A stretch of DNA of 38,034 nucleotides from a virus (IMGVR_UViG_2534681658_000022); one strand, 5' to 3'; positions 9,385 to 19,065 are shown, counted from the stretch's first letter. Notes: generated by a model from the letters alone, not told the origin. Program-made: numbers and translations.

Positions 9385-11114
9385 CAGACCCCCTCCGCAA
9401 TAAACCCAATATTCCATCCACCGTTATCTCCGGTGATGCTCAGAGTAAAGCCAGTTGCAGTAATAGCTGTAATGGCGACACCCTCAACACTCCCACCGTG
9501 TGACGAACGGAAAACGGGGATCACGTACCAGCACTGACGGGCAAATGGTGTCGGAAAATTCACCTGATACTCTTTATTCACCACACCAGTTGCCCCGGAA
9601 AAATAACTGTTAAAAAACTGCTTCAGCACACCGCCAGTTATTCGGTGATGATTGCTGCCAAATGAAAATTCATCTTCACAAACACCCCGACGCCATAGTG
9701 TTGTATTGTCTTTAACCGTATCAGAGCCGCTGAAACGGTGATACATTTCCCCTGCTCCGGTGATGAAAATCTGCGCGCGTCTGTTCTTGTTATACGCAGC
9801 CTGAAAACCTGCACCATTCGATGGCACTTCATCTGCATTACCTGAATATGCAAGAAACTGTGAAACCTCACCCATTTCGTAGTTATTATTGCTACCGATT
9901 CCGTATGCTCCCTGTTGCAGAGCACTTTCAGCCTTATCAACCGTCGGTTTAAGTCCCAGATTCTGAATAAACAAAGTCGGGTCAGGAATATCAGCACCAT
10001 TGCGGTCCTTTGCCAGTCTCGCGCTGGCGTTGTCCATCGCAATTTTTACCGCTTTCAATGTCGCCGCAACATTTTCTGACACGCTGTTTACCTCGTTCCC
10101 CAGTTGCACCATTCCTTTAACACTCACTGATGCTTCTGGATAATGTGCACTGGTGAACACCTGATTCCACGGTGTTTCATCATCGGCAATTTTCGATAAC
10201 ATGCTGAATCGACAGTACATCTTGCCATCATTAGCGACATAAATTTGTGCACGTCGATTGTCGTTGTAACAGGCCTGGAAACCAGCACCATGTGTTGGCA
10301 CTTCTGGATAGCCGACAGCTGTACCATAAGCAAAAAATTGCGATTTGGTTCCCATGGTTTTCAGATAAGCCAGGCCAATTCCATAATCTCCTGGCTGAAT
10401 CGCTGATGCAGCTTTATCAACAGTCGTTTTCAATCCCAGATTCTGAACAAACAGTGCCGGATTGGGAATATCAGAACCATTGCGGTCTTTTGCCAGTCTG
10501 GCGCTGGCATTATCCATCGCTATTTTCACTGCTTTTGGCGTTGCAGCGACTGTTTCATCATTGCTTTCCACACCGCTATACAGACGTACAAATCCCTTTT
10601 CTGTCAAAGACGCAGAAGGATGGCGGCGCGATTGCTCATGAATTTCTATTTGTTGATCTACATAATGACGGGTTGCCAGCACGACAGCAGGGTCGATTTT
10701 CAGGGGGATATTGTCCGTGCTGCTGGTAATCAGCACCATGCGCACGGTCTGGGTGCGCCCGCTGCCTTCAGCCAGTTGCGGCTTATAGCTTTCCGGGCAG
10801 TTGCCCACGGCAATCAATGCCCCGGACTCATCAAACAAGCCCACTTCACGTATCCACCAACCGCCCTCGTTTTCAGGGATCACCTGTTCGGCAATAATCT
10901 GACTGCTGTTCTGCGGGTCGATATAGAGCATATTCAGCGCAGCCCGGCGTTTCTCATTTACCAGTGCAGTCTGCTTTGAGTCTGGCGTTGGCAATACTCC
11001 GCCGCCATCGCCGACCGCCATATGGGTAATTTTTAGCGGCACACCGAGCGCGGCGGCGCTGGCAAGTTTCGCCGCGCCAATATCCGTCAGCAGGGTATAA
11101 AATTTTGTGCTCAT
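9384..11114 (-). CDS. H: Tail fiber protein
   Basis: 576-aa ORF between baseplate gene I and the fiber assembly gene; contains an internal tandem duplication of about 60 aa. Confidence 0.85.
   Translation of the reverse strand: MSTKFYTLLTDIGAAKLASAAALGVPLKITHMAVGDGGGVLPTPDSKQTALVNEKRRAALNMLYIDPQNSSQIIAEQVIPENEGGWWIREVGLFDESGALIAVGNCPESYKPQLAEGSGRTQTVRMVLITSSTDNIPLKIDPAVVLATRHYVDQQIEIHEQSRRHPSASLTEKGFVRLYSGVESNDETVAATPKAVKIAMDNASARLAKDRNGSDIPNPALFVQNLGLKTTVDKAASAIQPGDYGIGLAYLKTMGTKSQFFAYGTAVGYPEVPTHGAGFQACYNDNRRAQIYVANDGKMYCRFSMLSKIADDETPWNQVFTSAHYPEASVSVKGMVQLGNEVNSVSENVAATLKAVKIAMDNASARLAKDRNGADIPDPTLFIQNLGLKPTVDKAESALQQGAYGIGSNNNYEMGEVSQFLAYSGNADEVPSNGAGFQAAYNKNRRAQIFITGAGEMYHRFSGSDTVKDNTTLWRRGVCEDEFSFGSNHHRITGGVLKQFFNSYFSGATGVVNKEYQVNFPTPFARQCWYVIPVFRSSHGGSVEGVAITAITATGFTLSITGDNGGWNIGFIAEGV
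9941..10080. repeat. Tail-fiber internal repeat, copy 1 (about 85% identical to 10421-10560)
   Basis: Nucleotide blocks TCCCAGATTCTGAA...GAATATCAG.ACCATTGCGGTC.TTTGCCAGTCT.GCGCTGGC repeat 480 bp apart in frame, giving two VAAT.KAVKIAMDNASARLAKDRNG.DIP protein segments. Confidence 0.7.
10421..10560. repeat. Tail-fiber internal repeat, copy 2
   Basis: Second copy of the 140-nt block described for 9941-10080. Confidence 0.7.
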
Positions 11115-11716
11115 GGATTCACTCTCATTGTGTCAATAACATGGACCGCCCCGCCTTCATGCGCGGTGCCGCCAGAAATAATTGTTTCGTTGATATACGG
11201 ATAGATCGTGATTTCTTCGCCAAGATAGCTGGCGGCTCCCACCCAATGCGGGCCGCTGGTCTGCAGGTTGATGGACATGCCGATCATGTGACGGCTGCAT
11301 GGTTTGGCATCGCTTATCAGTCGCTCAAGTTCCAGATAGGTATCTTCAGTGATGCCCTGGTCCTGCACGCCGATATCCAGACGAAACGTGCCCGGTGTCT
11401 CTCCGGTCTGCCACCACTCAATAATGCGGATCAGAAAGCCGAACGGCTCCACCACCCGCCGCACGGCACTGGTGGTCCCTTTATGCTGATGAATATAAAA
11501 AGCATCCTTCACCACCTGGCGCTTGACACTTTCTGTCCAGTCCTCGTCCCAGCGATCCACAGAGAACGCCCAGGCGAGATAAGGCAGGAAACTGACCGGA
11601 CAGGTCGCCGGATTCCACAAGTCACGAAGCGGCACCTGCAGATCAGAAATCCCGCTGCAGGTTTGCGCCAGTCGGCGCTCCAGTGGTGTTGAACCCGGTG
11701 GCAGCAGACTATTCAT
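11111..11716 (-). CDS. I: Baseplate/tail protein I
   Basis: 201-aa ORF with the conserved LWNP.TCP...LP.LAWAFSVDRWDE motif of P2 gpI; overlaps J by 8 nt. Confidence 0.85.
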   Translation of the reverse strand: MNSLLPPGSTPLERRLAQTCSGISDLQVPLRDLWNPATCPVSFLPYLAWAFSVDRWDEDWTESVKRQVVKDAFYIHQHKGTTSAVRRVVEPFGFLIRIIEWWQTGETPGTFRLDIGVQDQGITEDTYLELERLISDAKPCSRHMIGMSINLQTSGPHWVGAASYLGEEITIYPYINETIISGGTAHEGGAVHVIDTMRVNP

Positions 11717-12617
11717 CCGTTCCTCCGTTGGTTACGCTCCACTGCGTACATGATGCCGCCTGTGTTTTGTTCAGGACCACATCCGCCAGAGGAGAAGCCA
11801 GCTCTACACGCTGCACTCCCTCAACATGAAGGGCGGCAAAGATGGCGCTACGGCGAATATCCCGACCAAGACGCGTCTGACTGGCGATGTACTTCTGCAG
11901 GCTGGCTTTTGCCGCTGCCATTACCGGCTCTGCTTCCGGTCCCGGATAGAGAAAAATAGTGGCTTCCACGCGGTACGGGATGATTTCTGCGCTGCGAACC
12001 GTCAGACGGTCAGCCACCGGGCGGACGTTCTCACTGTTCAGGGCTTTCTCCACCACATCCAGCAGGTCTTTTTCTGCAGTTCCATCGCCTTCGCGGCTAA
12101 GGACAGTCAGCACCACCTCTGCAGGTGCCGGGCTGGTTGCACTGGCATCCGCCACCCGACCGTCGGCGCTTCGGGCATGAAATTCATAAGCTGCAGTTGG
12201 CCCCGCAACAGAAAGCCCTTCAAAGGCTGCAGGCACACGCAGGCGTAACGCTTCATCGCTTTCCATCACAGCCGCAACGGGTGGCACTGCGTCATTATCA
12301 GCAGGCGTCACCGTCAGGCGTTTCACGTTGTAGTTGGCAGCGAGCTGGTCAAGATCGCCGCCCATCGCGTAAGCCACCATCACAGCATGCGCGGCTTCGT
12401 TAATGCGCTGGCGCAGAAGCAACTCACGGTAAGCGTTCTCCTGAAGCAATTTGGTGACGGGTTCAGATTCCAGTTCCAGCGTGCGGATCACTGCTTCCTG
12501 CTCATCTTTCGGATGAAGCGCAACAAATTCGGCCTTGCGTTCGGCAAGCAGCGTCTCAAAGTCCGGCACATCCACAATCTGCGGCGCAGGCAACTGCGAA
12601 AGGTCAATCACTGCCAT
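11709..12617 (-). CDS. J: Baseplate assembly protein J
   Basis: Start set at the internal Met (MAVIDLSQLPAPQIVD...), which matches the gpJ N-terminus; the tracked ORF extends to 12656. Confidence 0.85.
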   Translation of the reverse strand: MAVIDLSQLPAPQIVDVPDFETLLAERKAEFVALHPKDEQEAVIRTLELESEPVTKLLQENAYRELLLRQRINEAAHAVMVAYAMGGDLDQLAANYNVKRLTVTPADNDAVPPVAAVMESDEALRLRVPAAFEGLSVAGPTAAYEFHARSADGRVADASATSPAPAEVVLTVLSREGDGTAEKDLLDVVEKALNSENVRPVADRLTVRSAEIIPYRVEATIFLYPGPEAEPVMAAAKASLQKYIASQTRLGRDIRRSAIFAALHVEGVQRVELASPLADVVLNKTQAASCTQWSVTNGGTDE

Positions 12618-12963
12618 TCTCTGCTCCTGTTGATACGGAAAGGGAAACAGGTACACCGTTATTCCGCCGCCCGGTCAGCTCCACCACCATAGAACCGTCA
12701 AAGTTGCTGTTGATGGTGATGGAATCCAGCGTCAGCCGTGGCTCCCAGCGACTCAGCGCCACATACACTGCCGACATGACCTGCAGGCGTAATGCCGGAT
12801 TTTGTGGCTGATCTATTAAAACCGACAGGAGGGAACCATATTCCCGGCGGGCAATGCGGCTACCCTGCGGTGTCAGCAGAATGTCCCGCACCGACTGGCG
12901 CAGATGATCAATATCAGTAATGACTTTGCCGCTGGTATTGTTCATCCCGCTATAAAGCGTCAT
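12604..12963 (-). CDS. W: Baseplate wedge protein W
   Basis: 119-aa ORF with the gpW/gp25-like segment REYGSLLSVLIDQPQNPALRLQ; position between V and J. Confidence 0.85.
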   Translation of the reverse strand: MTLYSGMNNTSGKVITDIDHLRQSVRDILLTPQGSRIARREYGSLLSVLIDQPQNPALRLQVMSAVYVALSRWEPRLTLDSITINSNFDGSMVVELTGRRNNGVPVSLSVSTGAENGSD

Positions 12964-13538
12964 ACCGGGCCTCCGGTTGTATCGCCGCCTTTCAGGACAC
13001 CAGTATGCTGATGCGCATCAACCACAATCCCGTTAGAACTCATCGCACCGCCGCCCTGGGTAACGCCACCATTGATCACTACTTCGCTGTTAATTCGCGT
13101 GCGGTCAGCCTCCAGCACAAACTCACTGGTTTTCATGGTGATATTGTCAGCGGCCTCAATGACCATTGATTTGATGCCCCTGACATACCAGCGCCCGGTG
13201 GCGGGTTCGTATTCAAACCAGCTACCGTCAGGATGTTCTGTCACGCAGGCGTCCGCCGACGTCGACGGTGGTGCGAACTGATTCGAATAGACAGCGGGCA
13301 GCGCAAAGGCAGTCTCCAGATTACCGCCCAGACTCAGCAGCACCACCTGCTCACCTTCCGATGGTCGCCACCATGTGCGGGCATTACCGGCACGCAGCGT
13401 CAGCCAACTGATCCAGTTAGTTTCAAGGTCGCCCGTTTTCACCCGGCAAAGCCAGTTCTCCCGGTCCACTTCGGTGACTACACCAGTGCGGATCAGATTG
13501 GTGATAAGGCGCATGATTTCGGTTAATTGTGCGTTCAT
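12960..13538 (-). CDS. V: Baseplate spike/assembly protein V
   Basis: Start set at the internal Met (MNAQLTEIMRLITNLIRTG...). Contains the TWWRPSEGEQVV...AVYSNQ motif and a C-terminal HTG...GG.TTGGPV end typical of gpV. Confidence 0.8.
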   Translation of the reverse strand: MNAQLTEIMRLITNLIRTGVVTEVDRENWLCRVKTGDLETNWISWLTLRAGNARTWWRPSEGEQVVLLSLGGNLETAFALPAVYSNQFAPPSTSADACVTEHPDGSWFEYEPATGRWYVRGIKSMVIEAADNITMKTSEFVLEADRTRINSEVVINGGVTQGGGAMSSNGIVVDAHQHTGVLKGGDTTGGPV

Positions 13539-13626
13539 GCTGACAATATTGTTTCTTAAACTGAGTGATTGCATCGAAGTGGTTTTGTATGATTGCAGGC
13601 ACAAGTTGTAACTAAGGAGGCGATTG

Positions 13627-14064
13627 ATGAAATCTTGGAAAAACCGAGGATTTAAAAAAAGGGTTCTTGAATATGTTTACTGTTTCTCCGCTGCTCCATT
13701 TTTAGCCATGTTCTACACGTTGTCAGAAAACCAGCTGACAATGTTTATAATTTTCTTCACTGTGAGTTTTTATCTCACTCTGATGGCATCCGTTTTTTTA
13801 ACAAAACGAGGATTTAACAAAGTATTCAAAGAATTCTTTAATTTATTATGGAACTATGAAACGGCCTTCGTTTTTTGCTATGGCCTTTATACTTATCTTT
13901 ATAGAATTGATGGGCAGAAAACTTTATCAAACCTCCTTACCATTATGTTTTCAGCTCACCCATGGACACTTATTTTCGGCATCGGACTCTTGGTTTTCAC
14001 AGTAATTTTCAGGTTTGCTCTGAGTGTTGCTGACTTGCTAGTTGAAGTTAAGTCAGATATATAA
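13627..14064 (+). CDS. Hypothetical multi-pass membrane protein (moron, opposite strand within the late tail operon)
   Basis: AAGGAGG 6 nt upstream of the ATG at 13627. Markedly AT-rich. About four hydrophobic helices (e.g. LTMFIIFFTVSFYLTLMASVFL, WTLIFGIGLLVFTVIFRFALSV). Lies between S and V on the opposite strand. Confidence 0.6.
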   Translation: MKSWKNRGFKKRVLEYVYCFSAAPFLAMFYTLSENQLTMFIIFFTVSFYLTLMASVFLTKRGFNKVFKEFFNLLWNYETAFVFCYGLYTYLYRIDGQKTLSNLLTIMFSAHPWTLIFGIGLLVFTVIFRFALSVADLLVEVKSDI

Positions 14065-14088
14065 TGAAACAATACAACCATAGAATTT

Positions 14089-14538
14089 TTAGCTATTTAC
14101 CAGCCAATCACATAATATATCCTTGGTGAAATCTAAAACATCTTTGTTGCTTCCTAACAATTTCCGCTCTGCATAACGGACCTCAGGTCCTTTGCGACTG
14201 ACGCGATCACGCAAGCCGTAATGGTGAACGCGTGCAATGCGCTGCACCTTACCTTCAAACTGTACGCTGGCAGAATCAGCGCTGGCGGCAGTTTTCAGGT
14301 ATTTTGTGGTACGAAGCTTTGTAAACATCTGGCGTTTGATGCGCCCCTTTTTACTGCGTGCTGTTACCCGTCGCGGTTCATAGCTGCTGCCGTCAGGGTT
14401 GCGCTGCATCCTGATATTCTGCTGCTGTGTCCGGCGCAGTTCCTGCGCCAGCTGACGCATCATGCGAATTCTTGCGGCTGGCTCCAGATTCGCCAGCAAG
14501 GCACTCAGCCAGTCGTCCACTTTCTGCAGTTCAGCCAC
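14089..14538 (-). CDS. S: Tail completion protein S
   Basis: 149-aa basic protein at the P2 gpS position downstream of R. Confidence 0.8.
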   Translation of the reverse strand: MAELQKVDDWLSALLANLEPAARIRMMRQLAQELRRTQQQNIRMQRNPDGSSYEPRRVTARSKKGRIKRQMFTKLRTTKYLKTAASADSASVQFEGKVQRIARVHHYGLRDRVSRKGPEVRYAERKLLGSNKDVLDFTKDILCDWLVNS

Positions 14539-14983
14539 GTTTCACCGTCCACATTTCTTCAGGTTCATCGGGTTCCGTTATCGCTTCAACGCTCGACACA
14601 CTTCCGTCAGTGCTGACCAGCACACGTTCCGTCAGTTGCAGGTTCAAGCTGATATCACAGACATCGTTGCGCAGAATATCCACCTCAAAGGTGAATAGTT
14701 TTTCCCGTAACGCCGGGTTATTGATGGCATCGGGCTGGTTATCCCTCAGCCACAGCAAAACCGGGGCCATCAACAGATTCTGGTCGCCGCTGAAATCCTC
14801 AATCACCGCGTTCAGGGTGTAACGGTACTCCCACGACATGGAGCTGGCCCCCGTGGCAACCAGCGAACCGTTATCCACAAACAGATGCAGTTTGTCCGGG
14901 TTATTGCGGACATAAGGCACCGCTTTATTGAGGGCGTGGCGCAGGGATTGTGGTTTGTTCACTGTTTCGCTCCTGACAGGCAA
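14531..14983 (-). CDS. R: Tail completion protein R
   Basis: 150-aa ORF following the lysis cassette; overlaps S by 8 nt. Confidence 0.8.
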   Translation of the reverse strand: MPVRSETVNKPQSLRHALNKAVPYVRNNPDKLHLFVDNGSLVATGASSMSWEYRYTLNAVIEDFSGDQNLLMAPVLLWLRDNQPDAINNPALREKLFTFEVDILRNDVCDISLNLQLTERVLVSTDGSVSSVEAITEPDEPEEMWTVKRG

Positions 14984-15215
14984 TAATCATGTCCACTTTG
15001 TCTGCACAGACCGCCCAGGCGGCCTCCGTTTCATCCAGCAACGCGTTCAGATCACCGTTAGTGCGCAGCGCTGTCTGATCCAGCCGACACGGCGTCACTC
15101 GCGGACAACCACTGACGGTAAGCTGCACCTCCGGTGAGTGCCGGACGTTCCCGCAGCCGGATAATGTCAGCAGGCAAAGGAATATCAGCCCAGCGGCGTA
15201 AATCCTCGTTCTCAC
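14925..15215 (-). CDS. lysC: Outer-membrane spanin lipoprotein (Rz1/LysC-like)
   Basis: N-terminal lipoprotein signal with lipobox LTLSGC; out-of-frame overlap with the 3' end of the i-spanin gene and the start of R. Confidence 0.6.
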   Translation of the reverse strand: MRTRIYAAGLIFLCLLTLSGCGNVRHSPEVQLTVSGCPRVTPCRLDQTALRTNGDLNALLDETEAAWAVCADKVDMIIACQERNSEQTTIPAPRPQ

Positions 15216-15486
15216 GTTTCAGTTCCTCGATCCGGTGTTGTCGTTGTCTCAGCAGCGCGCTGGTCTGTTCTGATTCGGCATAGAGCCGCGCCTGCTCCCG
15301 GTTATTGGTTTCAGTCAGAATGGACAGGCTGATAAGCTGGCTGTTGCTCTTTGCCAGTGCCTGGCTTTTGCTCTGCAGCTCGTCTGCCTGCGTGCTAATG
15401 GTCTGGCTGGCATCAGCCAGCCGCCACGCCTGCCAGCCCAGCGCCGCCAGTAATAACGCCAGCACAACCAGCAGCAACCGGTTCAT
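15058..15486 (-). CDS. lysB: Inner-membrane spanin (Rz/LysB-like)
   Basis: N-terminal transmembrane helix (LLLVVLALLLAALGW) followed by a coiled-coil periplasmic domain; downstream of lysA and the endolysin. Confidence 0.7.
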   Translation of the reverse strand: MNRLLLVVLALLLAALGWQAWRLADASQTISTQADELQSKSQALAKSNSQLISLSILTETNNREQARLYAESEQTSALLRQRQHRIEELKRENEDLRRWADIPLPADIIRLRERPALTGGAAYRQWLSASDAVSAGSDSAAH

Positions 15487-15860
15487 GCTGCTACCTGTTG
15501 CGCCATCTGATTACGGGTGATCCAGAAGGCAATAACGGTCAGTAGATAAAAGACCAGGGTAATAGCCCACCCCGTCCAGGCGAGACTTACGACAATCAGC
15601 AATCGCATCACCCAGCTGATAAATACGTTTTCTTTTCGGGTTATTGTCTTCAGCAAAGATGCCCTCAACTCCTGCCAGAGCGGGCCATTCTTAATTAACG
15701 CAGCCAGTGCTACCGGAATTACCGCCCATGTCAGCAGACAGGCTACCCAGACACCGGACGCTGCCAGTACCGGAAAAATCCCCTGCGGATACACCATTGC
15801 TTCGATTAACAGCCCCATCCATAACATCAGAAACAGCCCGCTGATTACTTTCTTTTTCAT
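15483..15860 (-). CDS. lysA: Lysis timing membrane protein LysA-like
   Basis: Start set at the internal ATG (MKKKVISGLF...), whose codon overlaps the K stop codon by one base (15860-15862); GGGAG lies about 10 nt upstream. Multi-pass membrane protein. Confidence 0.65.
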   Translation of the reverse strand: MKKKVISGLFLMLWMGLLIEAMVYPQGIFPVLAASGVWVACLLTWAVIPVALAALIKNGPLWQELRASLLKTITRKENVFISWVMRLLIVVSLAWTGWAITLVFYLLTVIAFWITRNQMAQQVAA

Positions 15861-15861
15861 T

Positions 15862-16374
15862 TCAGTTTGCTCCCTGTAAACACCAGGCCATCTCCCGCGC
15901 ACGGCGGTTATCCAGCCCCTGATTAAACACACCTTTCACATAAACCCAGCGCGGCAACTGTCGGCACGCATCCGCCCAGCGCCGCTGATTGAGCAATTTC
16001 ACCAGCGTGGAGCTGCAGGCATTGCCTGTCCCCACGTTGAAGGCAAACGACACCACCGAGTCATACACCTTTTGTGGCGGCTGTTGCTTCACACATCTTT
16101 CCAGCGCCCGCTCCACACGCAGCACGTTGGAGATCAGCCCTTCCGCTGCCTGTCGTTCCGTAATGGTTTTGCCTGGAATGACGCCAGATGTATTACCAAT
16201 GCCGTCGGTCCAGACACCCGCGCTGCACTGATACGGCTGCAGACGACAGCCTTCGTAATCGGCAATCAGTTTCAGCCCCTCCACGGAGGTGTGAAGCTGC
16301 TGAAAACCCGGCAGCGTGGCAGCAATAGCCAGCACGGCCCCGACAAGGCAGCGTTTAACGATTGATGGATTCAT
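15862..16374 (-). CDS. K: Endolysin (lysozyme-like, signal-arrest-release type)
   Basis: 170 aa with an N-terminal hydrophobic SAR-like segment and an EG...D...GIG.T lysozyme-type catalytic region; follows the holin. Confidence 0.85.
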   Translation of the reverse strand: MNPSIVKRCLVGAVLAIAATLPGFQQLHTSVEGLKLIADYEGCRLQPYQCSAGVWTDGIGNTSGVIPGKTITERQAAEGLISNVLRVERALERCVKQQPPQKVYDSVVSFAFNVGTGNACSSTLVKLLNQRRWADACRQLPRWVYVKGVFNQGLDNRRAREMAWCLQGAN

Positions 16375-16570
16375 AGTCCTCCCGCGAGATCTGCCCGTCG
16401 CGCAGAAGCTGGTAGGCTTTGTGTTTGTAGTACCAGTTGATAGCCAGCATCAGCACACCAATCATCAGGCCGCCCAGCGTTGAGGCATCCTTGATGGACA
16501 AATCGCCCAGCCAGGCCAGCACGACGGCGATGCAATACGTGATAAAGGCGCTGATTCGCTCAAGCGTCAT
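16355..16570 (-). CDS. Y: Holin
   Basis: 71-aa protein with two hydrophobic helices and a charged C-terminus, directly upstream of the endolysin. Confidence 0.7.
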   Translation of the reverse strand: MTLERISAFITYCIAVVLAWLGDLSIKDASTLGGLMIGVLMLAINWYYKHKAYQLLRDGQISREDYESINR

Positions 16571-16573
16571 AAT

Positions 16574-16777
16574 TCAGTCCCATAGCTGGACGGTCTGCAC
16601 GGTGGTGGTGGTCGGAATGTCCGGCAGCTCCACCTGCAGCCCGTGAGGTAAAAAGGGGCCGTATTCGGCAAGCCCCGGATTTGCCTTCAGTACCTGCTCC
16701 GTGACACCCTGCGTGCGCCCGTAATGACGCCAGCAAAGTGCGTCCACCGTGTCATACTGATGCGCACGCACTTTCAT
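16574..16777 (-). CDS. X: Tail protein X
   Basis: 67-aa ORF between L and the holin, the P2 gpX position. Confidence 0.75.
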   Translation of the reverse strand: MKVRAHQYDTVDALCWRHYGRTQGVTEQVLKANPGLAEYGPFLPHGLQVELPDIPTTTTVQTVQLWD

Positions 16778-17241
16778 CAGATAAGCTCCACTGTGCAGTG
16801 CGGCGCATCCTGCACCCGGCTGATGGCCCTGCGGGCGTCACGCCATAAATCACCGCTTGCTTCCGCCAGTTCCTCGCCCCGCTTCGCACCGGATGCCGTG
16901 GCGTCATAGTCCTGGTAACGTTCGTTGAGCATGGCGCGTGCCCAGCAGTAAACCGCGTTGAAATAGTGCTGAACGCGCTCACTTTTGCCGTCCAGCTGTT
17001 CCGCCGGAACCTCTGCCAGCGAGGCATACCCCAGCATCTGCTGGCATCTGCGAAACTCATACAGCTCTGCGTTGACCTCCGAAATTGCCGACAGCGCAAC
17101 CTGCTTTAAACGCGGCTGCGTCACCGTACCGTCAGTGCGCATCACACTGCGGAACTCCGACAGATCCACATCAGGCCAGAACGGCGTATTCCTGATGATT
17201 TCCGCCTGTTCCGGAGCCTGTTCTGGCGCAACAAACTTCAT
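16777..17241 (-). CDS. L: Head completion/stabilisation protein L
   Basis: Start set at the internal ATG (MKFVAPEQ...) with AGGAGA upstream; the tracked ORF extends to 17304. Position after M. Confidence 0.8.
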   Translation of the reverse strand: MKFVAPEQAPEQAEIIRNTPFWPDVDLSEFRSVMRTDGTVTQPRLKQVALSAISEVNAELYEFRRCQQMLGYASLAEVPAEQLDGKSERVQHYFNAVYCWARAMLNERYQDYDATASGAKRGEELAEASGDLWRDARRAISRVQDAPHCTVELI

Positions 17242-17336
17242 GCTGCTTTCTCCTGAGATAGAGGGCGGTGGACGGGGGTTTGATGTGGCAGTGCCTTTCG
17301 CCACCCCGTGCCGCCCGTGCGCGGGGGCACGTTCTG

Positions 17337-17987
17337 TCAGCGGCTGTCATTGCGCAGTCTGCGCTCCAGCTGCTGTTTGTCTTTTTTCACGCCACAGCGG
17401 GGATCGAGCTGTAACGCATGGTTGAGATGATTAAGGGCGGAAGCCGGATTACTTTCACTCAGGACAGCGCCAATCGCTTTATGCAGACGCGCCCGTGACT
17501 GGTCCGGCATGTCCAGACCGTCTGTTAGCTCCAGCGTCTGCAGCAACAGATCGACATCAAAGCCGGTAGTGGCAAGCATTGCGCTCTGTGCCGCGTCTGC
17601 CATTTCCTCTGCCAGCACGGTTTGCACATTGCGGTTACCCAGCGGCATCACCCAGCCATGACGCAGGGCATGACGCCCGATCTCCAGCGCCCCGGCATAA
17701 TCTCCGGCATCAATGCGCCACAGCATCACGTACATCAGCACGTCATCCTGTTGAGCGCCTCCGGCAGCCAGAACACCCTCTGCCCAGGCGGCGTATTTCG
17801 GCAGCAGCTCCACCTTGATTTCCGCTTTTTTGACCGTGGACTGAACGCCCTTGAGACGGCGGCGATCTTCCGCCAGTTGCAGCAGCATCAGGTCATAGCC
17901 CGACGCGTGGCGAACGCTGCCGCCCTCACGGGCGGCCTGTTCAGCCTGAACGCGCAGGCGATGCTGCCGTGCGGGACTCAGGCTCAT
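17337..17987 (-). CDS. M: Terminase endonuclease (small) subunit M
   Basis: 216-aa ORF between the major capsid gene and L, the P2 gpM position. Confidence 0.85.
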   Translation of the reverse strand: MSLSPARQHRLRVQAEQAAREGGSVRHASGYDLMLLQLAEDRRRLKGVQSTVKKAEIKVELLPKYAAWAEGVLAAGGAQQDDVLMYVMLWRIDAGDYAGALEIGRHALRHGWVMPLGNRNVQTVLAEEMADAAQSAMLATTGFDVDLLLQTLELTDGLDMPDQSRARLHKAIGAVLSESNPASALNHLNHALQLDPRCGVKKDKQQLERRLRNDSR

Positions 17988-17990
17988 GAA

Positions 17991-19049
17991 TTACGCTCCG
18001 GTTTCTGCTGCGGCGGCGCTAAAATCGCCAATCTGGATGTTTTCCACCAGTGCAGCGCAGCGGTAGTCCTCAACCACATAGGCTTCGTTAACGGATTCAA
18101 AGTTTTCAATCCGGTCACGTTTCGGGTTGTCGATAACTGAACGGCGGCGGGGGTCTTCCTGCCAGTAGATGGACAGGTTATCCAGACGGGTGATCAGCAG
18201 TGCATTCGGCGGGAAGAACGGCGCACGCACGGCCTGCAGGCCACCCATGCGTTTCTGACTGATGATCATATCGGCAGCCAGTTTTTCACTGTTTTCCTGC
18301 TCTTTGTTGACCAGCGGGAAATACTTGTCAGACAGCAGTTCACGACCGCAAATCACCACCAGATCGTCATCGTCCTGGTAGACCACGTCGATAAGCTCAT
18401 TGACGGCATCCATCACCACAGCGTCCAGGTTGGCATATTCGCCACCTTTACCGACTTTCACCGCGCCCGGTGTGGTTTCACCGCCCGTGGTGGTGCTGCC
18501 CATGACGTGATCCGGTGCATCCTCACGGATTTTCTGCAGCCAGCCTTTGTTCACATCCTGCAGCAGCGGGTTTTCGCTACGGTTGGAGGTTTTCGCACGC
18601 TTCACGCCGTTAAAGCCGATCATGATGCGGTCCAGTGCCTGACGTTTCACGATGGCGTTACGGATACGCACCTGGAAATCCTGAAACTTCGCCCACAGGT
18701 CCAGCTTCGCGTAGGTCAGCACCGTGTCAAAGTTGGTCTGTTCGCATTTGTATTCCACATCGACCATCAGCGTCGGATCGACAGGTTCTCGCTCTTTCGC
18801 GGTGGTATCAGTGGTTCCGGCAATGGTGCTGCCAACACCCAGCCCCAGCAACTGACCAGACTGCTCAGTCACTGGCGTGACGTTAATCAGCGTCAGGAAA
18901 GAGGCGGACTGCTGGATCTGGTCTTCCAGCGTCTGCTGCACGGACGGCTCTACGGTGAACTTGCTGGACAGTTCTTCAACTGCCACACCGTTCAGACGCG
19001 CCAGCTGCTGCAGGTAAGCGTTAAAAGCAAAGCGGGTATTCTTCTTCAT
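17991..19049 (-). CDS. N: Major capsid protein N
   Basis: 352-aa ORF; N-terminus (RFAFNAYLQQLARLNG...KFTVEPSV...) matches my recollection of P2 gpN. Confidence 0.92.
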   Translation of the reverse strand: MKKNTRFAFNAYLQQLARLNGVAVEELSSKFTVEPSVQQTLEDQIQQSASFLTLINVTPVTEQSGQLLGLGVGSTIAGTTDTTAKEREPVDPTLMVDVEYKCEQTNFDTVLTYAKLDLWAKFQDFQVRIRNAIVKRQALDRIMIGFNGVKRAKTSNRSENPLLQDVNKGWLQKIREDAPDHVMGSTTTGGETTPGAVKVGKGGEYANLDAVVMDAVNELIDVVYQDDDDLVVICGRELLSDKYFPLVNKEQENSEKLAADMIISQKRMGGLQAVRAPFFPPNALLITRLDNLSIYWQEDPRRRSVIDNPKRDRIENFESVNEAYVVEDYRCAALVENIQIGDFSAAAAETGA

Positions 19050-19065
19050 CGGGTTTTGTGCTCCG

